64,000 bases of DNA from Candidatus Spongiisociaceae bacterium (GTDB lineage Bacteria > Actinomycetota > Acidimicrobiia > Spongiisociales > Spongiisociaceae). Position numbers and translations under genes: made by a program. The stretch covers positions 1,472,001-1,536,000 of the forward strand of contig OZ253564.1 in NCBI GenBank assembly GCA_965262915.1. Direction: 5' to 3'. The notes below the pieces were generated by a model. That model saw nothing but the letters and a program-made list of their open reading frames with translations, did not search any database and was not told the origin of the DNA. This document shows positions 9,354-18,805 of the stretch, piece after piece. How positions within the stretch are numbered: position 1 is the first letter of the stretch; every line of letters begins with the position of its first letter.

Positions 9354-9849
9354 TGTCTCCAGCCCGCCGGGGCGGGTACACGCCCCGGCATGGCCATGTT
9401 GGAAAGCTGCGGGAGGGGGGCCGGCGGCTATGGGACCAGAAGTTGCCCGAACCGGACTATTTCCTCGTTGAATTCGTCGAAATCGGCGGTGAGCGTAAGA
9501 GTCATACCGACAACTCGGGGGCCGTCATCAGTGTGTCCCTCGATGGCCTCATCGAGGGATGGAATAAAGCTGTGCCCGAACTCCCAGATCTCGTCGAGTA
9601 TGTGGGCGTTCGTGGTTGACAGCAGCTCAACGACACGTTCTGCGTCAGGGTCGACGCGAACAGCGCGGCAGCGCAATGTCCAGCGGGCGCTGTCCTCCCA
9701 GACCTGGGCGAGGCGGCGCGCAGCAGCGGCGATCTCGATCGGGTCTCCTGACACCTGTGGGAGGTAGTCGTTGACGATGGCCGTTGCTGTGCTCGTGTAC
9801 CCACTGAATTCGTGCATCCTGTCCTGTGCCCACGGGGCGAAATCGTTTA

Positions 9850-10678
9850 GGGCGTGTTCACCTAAAGTTACACTGATGTGATATCATTACGATATGACAA
9901 TAACACAAGAACAATACCAACTCATAGTAGACGTGTTCCCGAAACCCCGCGGTACCGTCAAGGTATCCAACCTCCAAGCCCTCAACGGCATCCTGTACGT
10001 ACTGGAGCACGGCTGCAAGTGGCGGGCGCTTCCCGAACGGTTCGGGAACTGGCACACCGTTTACATGCGGATGAGCCGCTGGGCGGCCAGCGGCGTCTTG
10101 GACCGGGTGTTCCAGCGTCTACAGCAGGAACAGCTCATCGACCTCGAAGTTCTGGGCCTGGACAGCACGTCGGTCAAGGTTCATCCCGACGGCTGTGGTG
10201 CTCTCCGAAAGCGGGGTCCCCAGGCCATCGGTCGCTCCCGGGGAGGGTTGAACACCAAGATCCACATGGTCGCGGCCAGCGCTTGTAGCGCCGTCTTATT
10301 CGCTCTTTCCCCAGGTCAGGACCATGATGCTCCCCATGGGCGGGAGCTCCTCAAAAAGATGGGCCCACGAAAAAAGGAGCAGGAAGGGGAGCAGCTAGAG
10401 CTGTTCCTGGTAGCGGACCGCGCCTATGAAGGGGACGAAACACGGCAACTGGCCGTCGCTCTGGGCTACACGCCGGTCATCCCACCCCGAAGCAACCGCC
10501 GCCACCCGTGGGACTACAACCGTCCGATATACAAGCGACGGAACGAGGTCGAACGGCTCTTCCGACGGCTCAAAGGCTACCGGCGTGTCTTCACCCGCTA
10601 CGACAAACTCGACGTGATGTTCCTAGCATTCATCACCCTCGCGCTCATACACGACACGCTCAGAAACGTAACACGCCC
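9850..10678 (+). mobile_element. IS5 family insertion sequence
   Basis: IRs GGGCGTGTT / AACACGCCC with a TA duplication (9848-49, 10679-80). Confidence 0.9.
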
Positions 10679-10706
10679 TAGGTTGATGTGGGTCACTTCG
10701 GCTTGA
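9894..10706 (+). CDS. IS5 family transposase
   Basis: NGILYVLEHGCKWRALPERFG, LDSTSVKVH, GRSRGGLNTKIH, ADRAY, YKRRNEVERLFRRLK, TRYDK motifs. Reads past the right IR. Confidence 0.95.
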   Translation: MTITQEQYQLIVDVFPKPRGTVKVSNLQALNGILYVLEHGCKWRALPERFGNWHTVYMRMSRWAASGVLDRVFQRLQQEQLIDLEVLGLDSTSVKVHPDGCGALRKRGPQAIGRSRGGLNTKIHMVAASACSAVLFALSPGQDHDAPHGRELLKKMGPRKKEQEGEQLELFLVADRAYEGDETRQLAVALGYTPVIPPRSNRRHPWDYNRPIYKRRNEVERLFRRLKGYRRVFTRYDKLDVMFLAFITLALIHDTLRNVTRPRLMWVTSA

Positions 10707-11851
10707 GCGAGCCGATACTCGATCTCGCGGCGTAGCGGTGCTCGACGATCCAGTTCTGCTTCGAGGACTGTTCCAAAGAGCCTGATTTCCCAGAGCGTGT
10801 CGCGTCGAAGCGCCACCATCAGCGCGTCGCCGGCGAGCTCCTCTAGGAGACGGTCGTGGCCATGTGCCTTCTGATGGAGAGCGAGGGCGTCTTGCACGAG
10901 GTATGCGAACTGCTGGCGCAAGGTGTCAACGATGTCCTCGGTGGCAGTAAACGAGAATGTCCAGACGTCGCCACTCTCGCGGAACGAATCTATGAACTCG
11001 AAAACGCGCGGCGTGTCGACGACGCCGGAGTAGTCGGCGTCGGGGTTGCTCCGCCACACACTCAACTGTGCAAGAACGTCGCTGTCGACGAAGACGTACG
11101 TGGGTACGCCCCGTGCTCGGGCTTCAAGAAATTCGAGGTTGGTGACGGACTTGTCGGTATCGGGGTCGACCGAGCCGTACCGCGCGCCGACAACCATCAC
11201 GAAGATATCGGCGTTCTCTCGGACGTTCCTCACGCTGTTGGTGACCGTCGTCTGGTTCGCGTCGATCGGGAACGAACCGTGCTCGGCCATCACGGCACGC
11301 CAACCGAGTCCCCCTATGAATTGGCGAAGCTGCGAGCGGAGATGGTTGAGGTCGTACATGGTCGAACTCACGAAGACATTTGGTGGTCGGTTCTTCACTG
11401 GCCACTCCGTTCAGTCGCAGGAGACGCCCTCGGGCACTTTAGGGCCGAATCCCGGATCACCACCCCGTCGGCGAGGACCCCGACGGGGAGCTGTGGCACT
11501 GACTTGTCCTGAGACGCTCGGCCGGCCTAACTCCCCCCTGAGCCCCGCCCAGCGGAGGGGTCCTCCGCTGGAGGGACTCAGGAGGTGGTAGGGAGGGGCG
11601 GCCTCTCCTGCCTCGCACCGAAAGGTGGCGCCGGGGGCCCCCACACCCAACGGATCCAGCGGCACCGGGGTCAGGAATCGATGCTGACCCCTCCGAACAT
11701 GCGGGAGCTTGTCTACTAGCCCGGTCTCCGCTGACCATCGTCGACCGGTATTAACCGTCGCATATTCGACCGTGGCTGGGGTGGTTTATGCACGACCTGG
11801 ACGGCCCTACCCCGAAACCGCCATCTACCTGGGGAAACACCGACGGGCGTG

Positions 11852-11879
11852 GCTTTACATAATATCTATTATCGGACAC
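11852..11879 (-). other. dif-like XerC/XerD recombination site B (inverted relative to A)
   Basis: Minus strand GTGTCCGATAA-TAGATA-TTATGTAAAGC. Arms nearly identical to site A, spacer different. Confidence 0.8.
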
Positions 11880-11936
11880 CGCTGCCCCTGACAATCCGGC
11901 CCCCGCTGCGGTTCGTCGGTGTGGTCCTCTCGGGGG

Positions 11937-12899
11937 TTAGCCCCGCTCCCAGCCCCGCTCCGTGTAGTACCAATCGCACGCAGGGCAGCGGCACTTATCG
12001 GCATGGATGAGATCAAGGCAGGCGTCGCATTCGCAGCCGTCGTTGCCCGACTGGTCATGGCCTGGGATCCCGCCGAGGGGGAACAGCCCCTCACGCTGTT
12101 TGCGCGGGACATGCCGGTTGAGTTGACACTGGTCGCATGCGCACACCGGCGGCGCGGGCAGCGTGTTATCGGGACTGTCGCCGTCCTCGGGTTTGGTTGG
12201 CACATAGCGGACTGAGATGGTCTTGATTTGGCTGGCCGATACGATCACTCGGTCTACATCCCAATCCTCTGCAGCCGTTATGTTGTCGCCGGGAGGGCGG
12301 ATCTTGACGGGGCGCCCAATTTGGATACTACGAGCGTCGTTCTCCTCGAGGTCGGTGCTGAAGGCGAAGAGCGGGCCGTAGAGGTAGGTCCCGTCCTTTA
12401 GGTCGAGACCGACATACACCCGATGGTGAGGGCGTTTAGTGAAAGCGAACCCCCATCCTGACAATTGTTCGATAGGCCCTTGCAGTTGCCTGGTTGCTAT
12501 GAACGTTGCGATTGTGGGACCAGGCCAGAATCTGATTTTGGAAGCGCGCTTACTGCTCCACGCTGGGGGGACAGCGATTACTGCGGCAAGGCCGGTTGCA
12601 GCGAGAAGCAGGGCGGCAGACCAGAGTGTGACCTCGGCGTAGTTGCTCTGGAAGTAGCCACTCGGATCACGGACAATCGCCCCGGCATCCGGTGTGATAG
12701 TTGGCAGTAGGTATCGGAGAATGGCGAATAGGCCGAGTATGACCCCGTTGACTGCGAGGCTGACCGACACGATCGTCACGGTCTCGCGGAGAAGGCTGTA
12801 TCTCCTCTCGGGGAGCCGCGTCTCCGTTCTGACGAGATAGACGAACCCAGGTGTCAGGAATGTGACGAAGATGGCAAGGCCAACGAGAGTCGTAGGCAT
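11937..12899 (-). CDS. DUF6338-like membrane protein with Cys-rich C-terminal tail
   Basis: MPTTLVGLAIFVTFLTPGF N-terminus, 3 TM segments, V.LDLKDGTYLYG..FS motif. Tail CACDQC..CECDAC..CRCPAC. Confidence 0.65.
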   Translation of the reverse strand: MPTTLVGLAIFVTFLTPGFVYLVRTETRLPERRYSLLRETVTIVSVSLAVNGVILGLFAILRYLLPTITPDAGAIVRDPSGYFQSNYAEVTLWSAALLLAATGLAAVIAVPPAWSSKRASKIRFWPGPTIATFIATRQLQGPIEQLSGWGFAFTKRPHHRVYVGLDLKDGTYLYGPLFAFSTDLEENDARSIQIGRPVKIRPPGDNITAAEDWDVDRVIVSASQIKTISVRYVPTKPEDGDSPDNTLPAPPVCACDQCQLNRHVPRKQREGLFPLGGIPGHDQSGNDGCECDACLDLIHADKCRCPACDWYYTERGWERG

Positions 12900-12936
12900 T
12901 ACGAGCGGCTATCCGAAGGTGGCAGCGAGGACGAAG

Positions 12937-13110
12937 TTAGCCTTTGGGCGGCGGCTTCGGGTCTGCATTACTGCTTGACGAGGCGGCCGGGGCGTTCGGG
13001 GGCTGCTGTTGACCTCGGTCGGTTACCCCTCGGACCCGAACCTGTCTTGTCTGCGATCCGCCATCTTCACGCTGCACGCGCCATCGGCCGTGTTCCTTCT
13101 TGGCTGGCAT
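12937..13110 (-). CDS. Small 57-aa Pro-rich ORF upstream of the DUF6338 gene
   Basis: Manual translation MPAKKEHGRWRVQREDGGSQTRQVRVRGVTDRGQQQPPNAPAASSSSNADPKPPPKG*. Stops 37 bp before the DUF6338 start. Confidence 0.4.
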   Translation of the reverse strand: MPAKKEHGRWRVQREDGGSQTRQVRVRGVTDRGQQQPPNAPAASSSSNADPKPPPKG

Positions 13111-13235
13111 AGCCCTAAAGATTACCAGTTCCCCCGGGTACGCTCGACACGGGCACCGAGGCCGGATACCTCCGGTCCGCTCCTCCGCTGCCCACGACGG
13201 TCAACAGCCAAGTAACCGGTTCCCCCCAGCACGCC

Positions 13236-13775
13236 GTGGGCGGCGAAACCCTCGGGGTTTCGGGAGGGAACACCCCCAAACCCGCCTGTCCCCGACCGAC
13301 GCGAATCAGGTGGAAAGTGGTGCACGCCGCGGTAGGCGACGTGATCGCGGAGTGGGTTCGTATGGTCCGCTCCGGCCAGACGAAGCCCAGACTCGTCGAA
13401 TTCAGCACTCGCGCTGTGGCCTCAACGGATCTGCTTGAGCAGGTCCGGGCTCTGAATGCGGACAACAGAGTTGTTCCGGCCGCCCCGATCGTATTGGCTG
13501 GAGTTGCTCTTGAGATCGCACTTCGGTCCGCGGTCGAGGAACTCGATCTCACCGTCGAGGGACGGGGAAGCATCGATGCTTATGCCAGGGCGCTCCGCCA
13601 GGTCGATGTGCTGAACAGGCAGGACATGAAAGATGTCACGCAGATGGCGGGCCTTCGCAACGACGCCGCGCATGGAGTCCACGAGACACTCAGCCGTAAG
13701 GGAGCGAGCTTGATGGAACAGCAAGCGAACCTCTTCCTCGCCCGGCTAGATCAGGCCGTCCAGCAGTCGAACTGA
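13236..13775 (+). pseudogene. HEPN/DUF4145-like protein, probably 5'-truncated
   Basis: LAGVALEIALR...LRNDAAHG (Rx4H). The ORF start lies inside the 13203-13283 repeat. Confidence 0.65.
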
Positions 13776-13950
13776 AACCCAAGCCGTCGCCCAACCAGAA
13801 CCTCAAACGAGGCTGAGTTCGGGTGCTGTTCGCTGCTGGGGGCAACGGAGGACCCCTCCGCTGGAGGCGCTCAGGCGCTGTGGCTGTGGGTGTTGGGCCA
13901 GCCCAGGTCGGAGGGCGTTGTCACATGGATACTCGGCGGCGGTGGCACCG

Positions 13951-15048
13951 CTAAGGCCGTATTGGACGCTCCTCTCCCTTGATCGTGAGTTTGATCTTGT
14001 CTGCAAACTGCCTCTTGTCCCCGGTCACACGAACCGCTCTCTTGGCTTGGACTCTTAAGCTTCCCGTTACCCCGACGTACTCGGCTTCGTCCAGGATCAC
14101 ACGGGCGGCCTTTGCCAAAGACCGTGCGGGTTGGGGGCCAGTCATTCCCCTGAACGCATCGGTTCCTACAGCAGCCTCGAAGTACCGCCACTTCCCAAAG
14201 GTACCGCGGTTCTCTGTCAGCACATCCCGTATGGTTGCGAAGTCTGCTTCGATCCGATCTCGGCTCTCCCGTGGGAGGTGGTCAAATAGATTCAGCAGGT
14301 CGTGGATCTTTCTCGCTTCATCGGTACAAGTTAGTGAGATGGCCTTCAGCGCGAGCTCGCACGCGAAGGCGGCGATCATCCCGTTCCCTAGCAGCAAGCC
14401 AGCTGTCGCAAGAAGTTCTTGCTCTCGGTGCCGCGGGTTCTGGCTCAGGGCATGCGCATCGATCTGGAACGAGACCGACCCATCGGCGTTGACTCGGTAA
14501 TCGCGAAAGTCCGCGATCGAGACCCTCTCATGGTCGGTGTTACGGGATACTCCGTCGAGGAGAGCTCGCGCCTGGAGGAAGAACAAACCTGGTGAACCTG
14601 CGGGGAAGTCACGGCGGGTGAGCTTTCCCCTAGGGCTTTTGCTGCGGGCAACCCGGTCCAGCAGCTCCTGCTTCGACAACCTGTGGAGCTTAGGAAAAAC
14701 CTTTTGAGCGAACGGACCGTCACCGTACTTGGGTTGATGTCCCAACATCATGTTCAACGCGTTGCTGAAGGACTCCTCGGATATCCTCTTTGCCTCTGCC
14801 GCTGCAGCGCTGCCTTCCAGTATCTCGCCACAGACGATGCACTTTATGCCGGTGACAGCACGCTCCGGGTCGGTTCTTCCCCTGAGGACTCCCCAGCACC
14901 GCTTGCAGCGTCCCGTGGCATCGAACTCTGAGAAGGGGGGCTGGCCACCGATGACACCGAGCGAGACGGTTGTGGCGTCCATGTCCCAGTCCCACTCAAT
15001 GGGAATCGTCTGTTTGGTTCTCTCATTCGGTTCGTTCATGTCGATCAA
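13951..15048 (-). CDS. HEPN-like domain protein with N-terminal CxxC pairs
   Basis: CKRC..CIVC, then AFACELALKA...HDLLNLFDHL...FGKWRYFE. Confidence 0.6.
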   Translation of the reverse strand: MIDMNEPNERTKQTIPIEWDWDMDATTVSLGVIGGQPPFSEFDATGRCKRCWGVLRGRTDPERAVTGIKCIVCGEILEGSAAAAEAKRISEESFSNALNMMLGHQPKYGDGPFAQKVFPKLHRLSKQELLDRVARSKSPRGKLTRRDFPAGSPGLFFLQARALLDGVSRNTDHERVSIADFRDYRVNADGSVSFQIDAHALSQNPRHREQELLATAGLLLGNGMIAAFACELALKAISLTCTDEARKIHDLLNLFDHLPRESRDRIEADFATIRDVLTENRGTFGKWRYFEAAVGTDAFRGMTGPQPARSLAKAARVILDEAEYVGVTGSLRVQAKRAVRVTGDKRQFADKIKLTIKGEERPIRP

Positions 15049-15159
15049 CGCTCTGCTCCTGCTACGTAGGATGCGGGCACATCGAAGTCCATTCCGGGCT
15101 GTCTGACCGCTCCGGACCGGGTGGCACAGCAGGCGGATGTTTCACGGCGCCGACCATTT

Positions 15160-16119
15160 CTAACCAGTCAGTTCGTGACGTGTGATCACGGTCCGGCCCG
15201 ATGGTGTTTCCTTGCTTGCGGGTTGTCGGTCCGTTCCGATATCGATCGTGACCAAGAAGAATGTCTTGCCGTCGTGCATGATTCTGGGCGGGAATTCGCC
15301 GTCGGGTGAGTCTTCGGACGGCCAGACCAACTGATTGTTCGAACAGTTGAACACGACGAGATAGCCGATGTTCTGCTGGTAATCGTTGGCGTAACGCAGA
15401 ACTTGGTGGAACCCTTGACGCAGGCGGCTCTTGTCCCTGCCCCGAGCCGGGTCGAAGACCTTGGCTTCGAGGACCAGCGGATCGTCCGCGTCGTCGAGGC
15501 TGACGACATCCGCCCGCCCCGACGGCGAATCGGGCTGCGAGAAGGGGAAATCCACACCCCCGTCGAACAGCGCCTCCCGCAGCCGACGGTCGAGGTTCTT
15601 CTCACCTGACCCCGTGTCACGAAGATAGGCCTGATGTAGTTCTTGTTGGCTGAACCACTCGGCTTTCCGCTTGAACCGTTGCAGCAGGTACACGACGTTG
15701 CCTGTGTCGTCGATCCGGTCATCGAGATAGTTGACAACCGGATCGAGCACGGCCTCGTTCAGATCATTGAGCATTTCGTTGAACCTCGACTCGTGGCTGA
15801 ATGCACTTCCCCACGAGATGGCTGCTCGCTGTTCAGGGTCGTACGCACACTCCTTCAGGATCCCAAGGCAGAGTTTCGCCCTGGCCGTCTCCGAAGGCGG
15901 AAACGCGATAGAACGCGACTTGGCAGCAGCGTCCTTCCATTCCCCAAAATCCGCTTCGTCGCCGGCGTCCAGTGTGTGTAACAGGGCACGGAGATACGGG
16001 TTGTCATCGAGGAACTGCAGGAACAACTGCAGTTCTGTCTCATAGTGCCGATAGTCCACCATGTGTACACGGTTCCGGCGCTGCTGCAAGCGGACACGCA
16101 AGTCGAGTAGGTACCGCAT
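15160..16119 (-). CDS. Hypothetical protein with C-terminal PD-(D/E)XK nuclease-like domain
   Basis: AGGAG before ATG 16119. GEKNLD..SGRADVV...LVLEAKVFD...QVLRY pattern. Confidence 0.65.
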   Translation of the reverse strand: MRYLLDLRVRLQQRRNRVHMVDYRHYETELQLFLQFLDDNPYLRALLHTLDAGDEADFGEWKDAAAKSRSIAFPPSETARAKLCLGILKECAYDPEQRAAISWGSAFSHESRFNEMLNDLNEAVLDPVVNYLDDRIDDTGNVVYLLQRFKRKAEWFSQQELHQAYLRDTGSGEKNLDRRLREALFDGGVDFPFSQPDSPSGRADVVSLDDADDPLVLEAKVFDPARGRDKSRLRQGFHQVLRYANDYQQNIGYLVVFNCSNNQLVWPSEDSPDGEFPPRIMHDGKTFFLVTIDIGTDRQPASKETPSGRTVITRHELTG

Positions 16120-16129
16120 TCGTAAACTC

Positions 16130-16372
16130 CTAGATCGTGATGGTGATCGTCGTGTCCAGGTTCTTGATCTCGCGCTCGAGGTCCGTGAGAGCGTTGTGGA
16201 CACTCCGACGCGTTCTGTGACCGCTAGCCCGGTCGTCGGAGAACCGTATACGTCCTTTGCAGCATGGACAGAACACCGCATCCTCCAACTGTGCCAGCCG
16301 GAACCGAACATCTACCTCGTAGCCGCACCGCGGGCACGGGACTCTCAGAAAGGCGCGATCGAAGGGGTACAC
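16130..16372 (-). CDS. Small Zn-ribbon protein
   Basis: GGAGGTG RBS then GTG. CPRC..CPCC plus a helical C-terminus; ends 10 bp upstream of the nuclease-like gene. Confidence 0.62.
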   Translation of the reverse strand: MYPFDRAFLRVPCPRCGYEVDVRFRLAQLEDAVFCPCCKGRIRFSDDRASGHRTRRSVHNALTDLEREIKNLDTTITITI

Positions 16373-16473
16373 CGTCTGGTCACCTCCGAATAACGGTCCT
16401 CGACACACAACCGGGACCGGCCGGCCGTGTCAGGCGGCCAGATCAAGCACGAAAGCCCCGTATGGGTTCGGGG

Positions 16474-16584
16474 TCAGAAAGCGAAGCGAGCAATGACGAG
16501 GAGAGCCACCAGGCACACCGCGATTCCGACTCCCGCGAACACGACATCGACGACGTCGCCTAATAGGTCTCTGATTAGTTTCAT
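16474..16584 (-). CDS. 36-aa single-TM peptide
   Basis: Manual translation MKLIRDLLGDVVDVVFAGVGIAVCLVALLVIARFAF*. Confidence 0.35.
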   Translation of the reverse strand: MKLIRDLLGDVVDVVFAGVGIAVCLVALLVIARFAF

Positions 16585-17104
16585 GGTCGTAATTCTACAA
16601 CCCGACCCTGACAAGGGTCGGTCCCGCCGTCTCACCCGAAATCACAGCAACCGACCGCGGGTGAGGAACGCATGTGATTTCTGCACCGTTCCGGATGTTC
16701 AGGTCAGGGCCCCCTGTCTGGGTTTTGTTGTGCGAACTGGTGTCCGCAGGGGTGTGCAGATCGTGGGCGGGTTCTCCCGGCCCCCAAATCGGCCTCTAGG
16801 CCTTCGGGTTGTGTTGGTTAACGTGCTGACGGGCGGGTCGTGGGTGTTTCCGCCCGAAACCCCTCGAGGGGGAGAGCCGCCACGGCGTGCTGAGAGAATC
16901 GGCTACCTGGCTGTCCGGCCGGCCGGCGGCAGCGGACTTCCCTTCCGCTGGGAGGGACTCAGGAGGCGACGGGGAGTAGGCAGACCCAGGCACCTCTCGG
17001 CACCGAGCGCTGCCGGCCTTCCCCTAGCCGCCGACCGCTACTAGGGAGCCCCCCTCTCTGAGAAACCCGAGATGAGGGTGGCCCTTGCTCTATTCTCCAG
17101 CGAG

Positions 17105-17923
17105 ATGCAACGGCCTCCTCTTTCTGTTCGACACAACAATGAGGCCCTCGAGGCATATCGGGAACTTCATGAGGGGATCCCAGATTGGATGATGCAGGGG
17201 GTGGGCGAATGGGCTGTCCAGGTCCTTAGCCACGCCAGTGATCTGCAGGCAGCTGAACAGTATTTTCGTATAGGACTCGATTGGGCAGCCATACAGAGTT
17301 CGCACGAAGAAGGTGTCGCGCAGCTCCTCGCATTTGAGGACCTCGATGTCTTGGACTATTGCCTGGGCATCTATTACCACCCCGACCACGCGGCGGAACT
17401 CCGAGAGATCCTGGATAGATCAGGGTCGGCGTGGACGGTGGGGACAGACGACGATGAAGGGCTGTGGTGTTTGAAACGGCGCGTGGACGTGACCGTTCTG
17501 GCGGCAGCAAACGAAGAAATGGAGCAACGGAGCAATGCCGCTGAGTACCTTCGGAGGGCTTGGCACCACGTCTACGGTCGGAACCCGAACCCCAGCACTG
17601 CTTACCACGACGCCGTTCGTGCAGTAGAGGCCGCCGCCCGTCCGGTCGTGACCCCCAACGATGACCGGGCCACATTGGGCAAGATGATCCTTGCCCTCGA
17701 GGACAAGCCAGGGAAGTGGGAAACGGTAATCGGCGATGTTGACACCGTGCGGAAGATGATGGCAACCATCTGGAAGTCACAGTCCGACCGGCACGGCACC
17801 GACGACACCACCAGGTCCCTCAACGTGTCACAGCCCGCAGCCGAAGCCGCAGTCCAGATGGCCGTAACGCTGGTGCAGCTGTTCCGTACCGGGGCGATCC
17901 GGAGGGAACACGACAGCCTCTAA
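17105..17923 (+). CDS. Abortive-infection (AbiJ/Abi_C)-like protein
   Basis: LHEGIPDW N-terminus; AYHDAVRAVEAA..ATLGKMI..SDRHG..AEAAVQMAVTLV HEPN-like C-terminus. Confidence 0.55.
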   Translation: MQRPPLSVRHNNEALEAYRELHEGIPDWMMQGVGEWAVQVLSHASDLQAAEQYFRIGLDWAAIQSSHEEGVAQLLAFEDLDVLDYCLGIYYHPDHAAELREILDRSGSAWTVGTDDDEGLWCLKRRVDVTVLAAANEEMEQRSNAAEYLRRAWHHVYGRNPNPSTAYHDAVRAVEAAARPVVTPNDDRATLGKMILALEDKPGKWETVIGDVDTVRKMMATIWKSQSDRHGTDDTTRSLNVSQPAAEAAVQMAVTLVQLFRTGAIRREHDSL

Positions 17924-18090
17924 CAGTCGTGACCCTCTAGAACGCAACGGGTCGTCTGTTGTCTGGTCCGCCCGAGGCAGAGGTGCTGCAACAACTGGAA
18001 AGGGTCAGGCTGTCGCTTAGCCTTCTTCTATCTCCGGGCCCCTGCGGATGGGTCTGGGTCAGAGGTTGGTGGCTAGCATCCCGCTGGCCT

Positions 18091-18805
18091 ATGAGCGATG
18101 ACCACGAAACGACCGAAGACCAAGCGGCAGGCGGCGACACGGTTTCCTATGAAGGGTACGTGTACGTGGCGACCAATCCTGCTATACCGAACATGGTCAA
18201 GATCGGCAGCACGACGCAACACGATCCCCGAAGCCGTATCACTGCGCTGTTCACGACCAGTGTGGCCCCTGCCGTTCGAACTGGAGTACGCGGCAGCAAT
18301 AGCGGATGATCCCGCCAGGGTTGAACGGGCGCTGCACAAGGCTTTCACACCTCAACGGCTGCATCCAAGGCGTGAGTTCTTCAAGGTCGAGCCGTACCAG
18401 GTGATCGCGATCCTCAGGCTGCTCAACGTTGCTGACGTCACTGAGCAGGCCAAGTCCGATGTTGAGGCCGAGAAATCACAGGAGGACCGGGAAGCCCTTG
18501 CGCGAGCCAGACGACCAGTGCTCAATTTCGCCGACCTAGGGCTGCCAGAAGGATCGATCCTTACGTATCTGAGAGACGAGAGAGTCAAAGCCGAGATAGT
18601 CGACGGGCGGCGTGTGCGACTTATCGAACTGCCCGAAAACAAGTACCCCGCAGTCGTGTTGGACGGCGAACCTTCGTTCCTTTCGCCGCTCTCAAGAGAC
18701 CTTCTCGGGGTTGCACGTTATGTGGGCCCCACCCGGTACTGGCGTGTTGAGGACGGACGGTCACTCCTTGAGATCTACGACGAGAAGCACGGTCCAAGGG
18801 AGTAG
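18091..18805 (+). pseudogene. GIY-YIG (T5orf172-type) nuclease, frameshifted at ~18265
   Basis: GYVYVATNPAIPNMVKIGST..TTSV | PLPFELEYA..VERALH..RREFF split across two frames. Confidence 0.8.

Larger units (their letters stand above)
9428..11398 (-). pseudogene. DUF4062-domain protein interrupted by IS5
   Basis: N-terminus VFVSSTMYDL...VGARYGS...SVTNLEFLEARARG (DUF4062). Removing the IS and one TA joins ...EVTHINL|NDFAPWAQDRMHEF in frame, giving 379 aa. Confidence 0.88.

Noticed and set aside
8908-9471. Pro-rich ORFs in the repeat blocks (also 18612-19342, 16427-17044)
   Set aside because: They span non-coding repeats, have no motifs, and frames are not preserved between repeat copies.
18255-18275. 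Programmed frameshift in the GIY-YIG gene
   Set aside because: No slippery heptamer; a single-base insertion or sequencing error is simpler.
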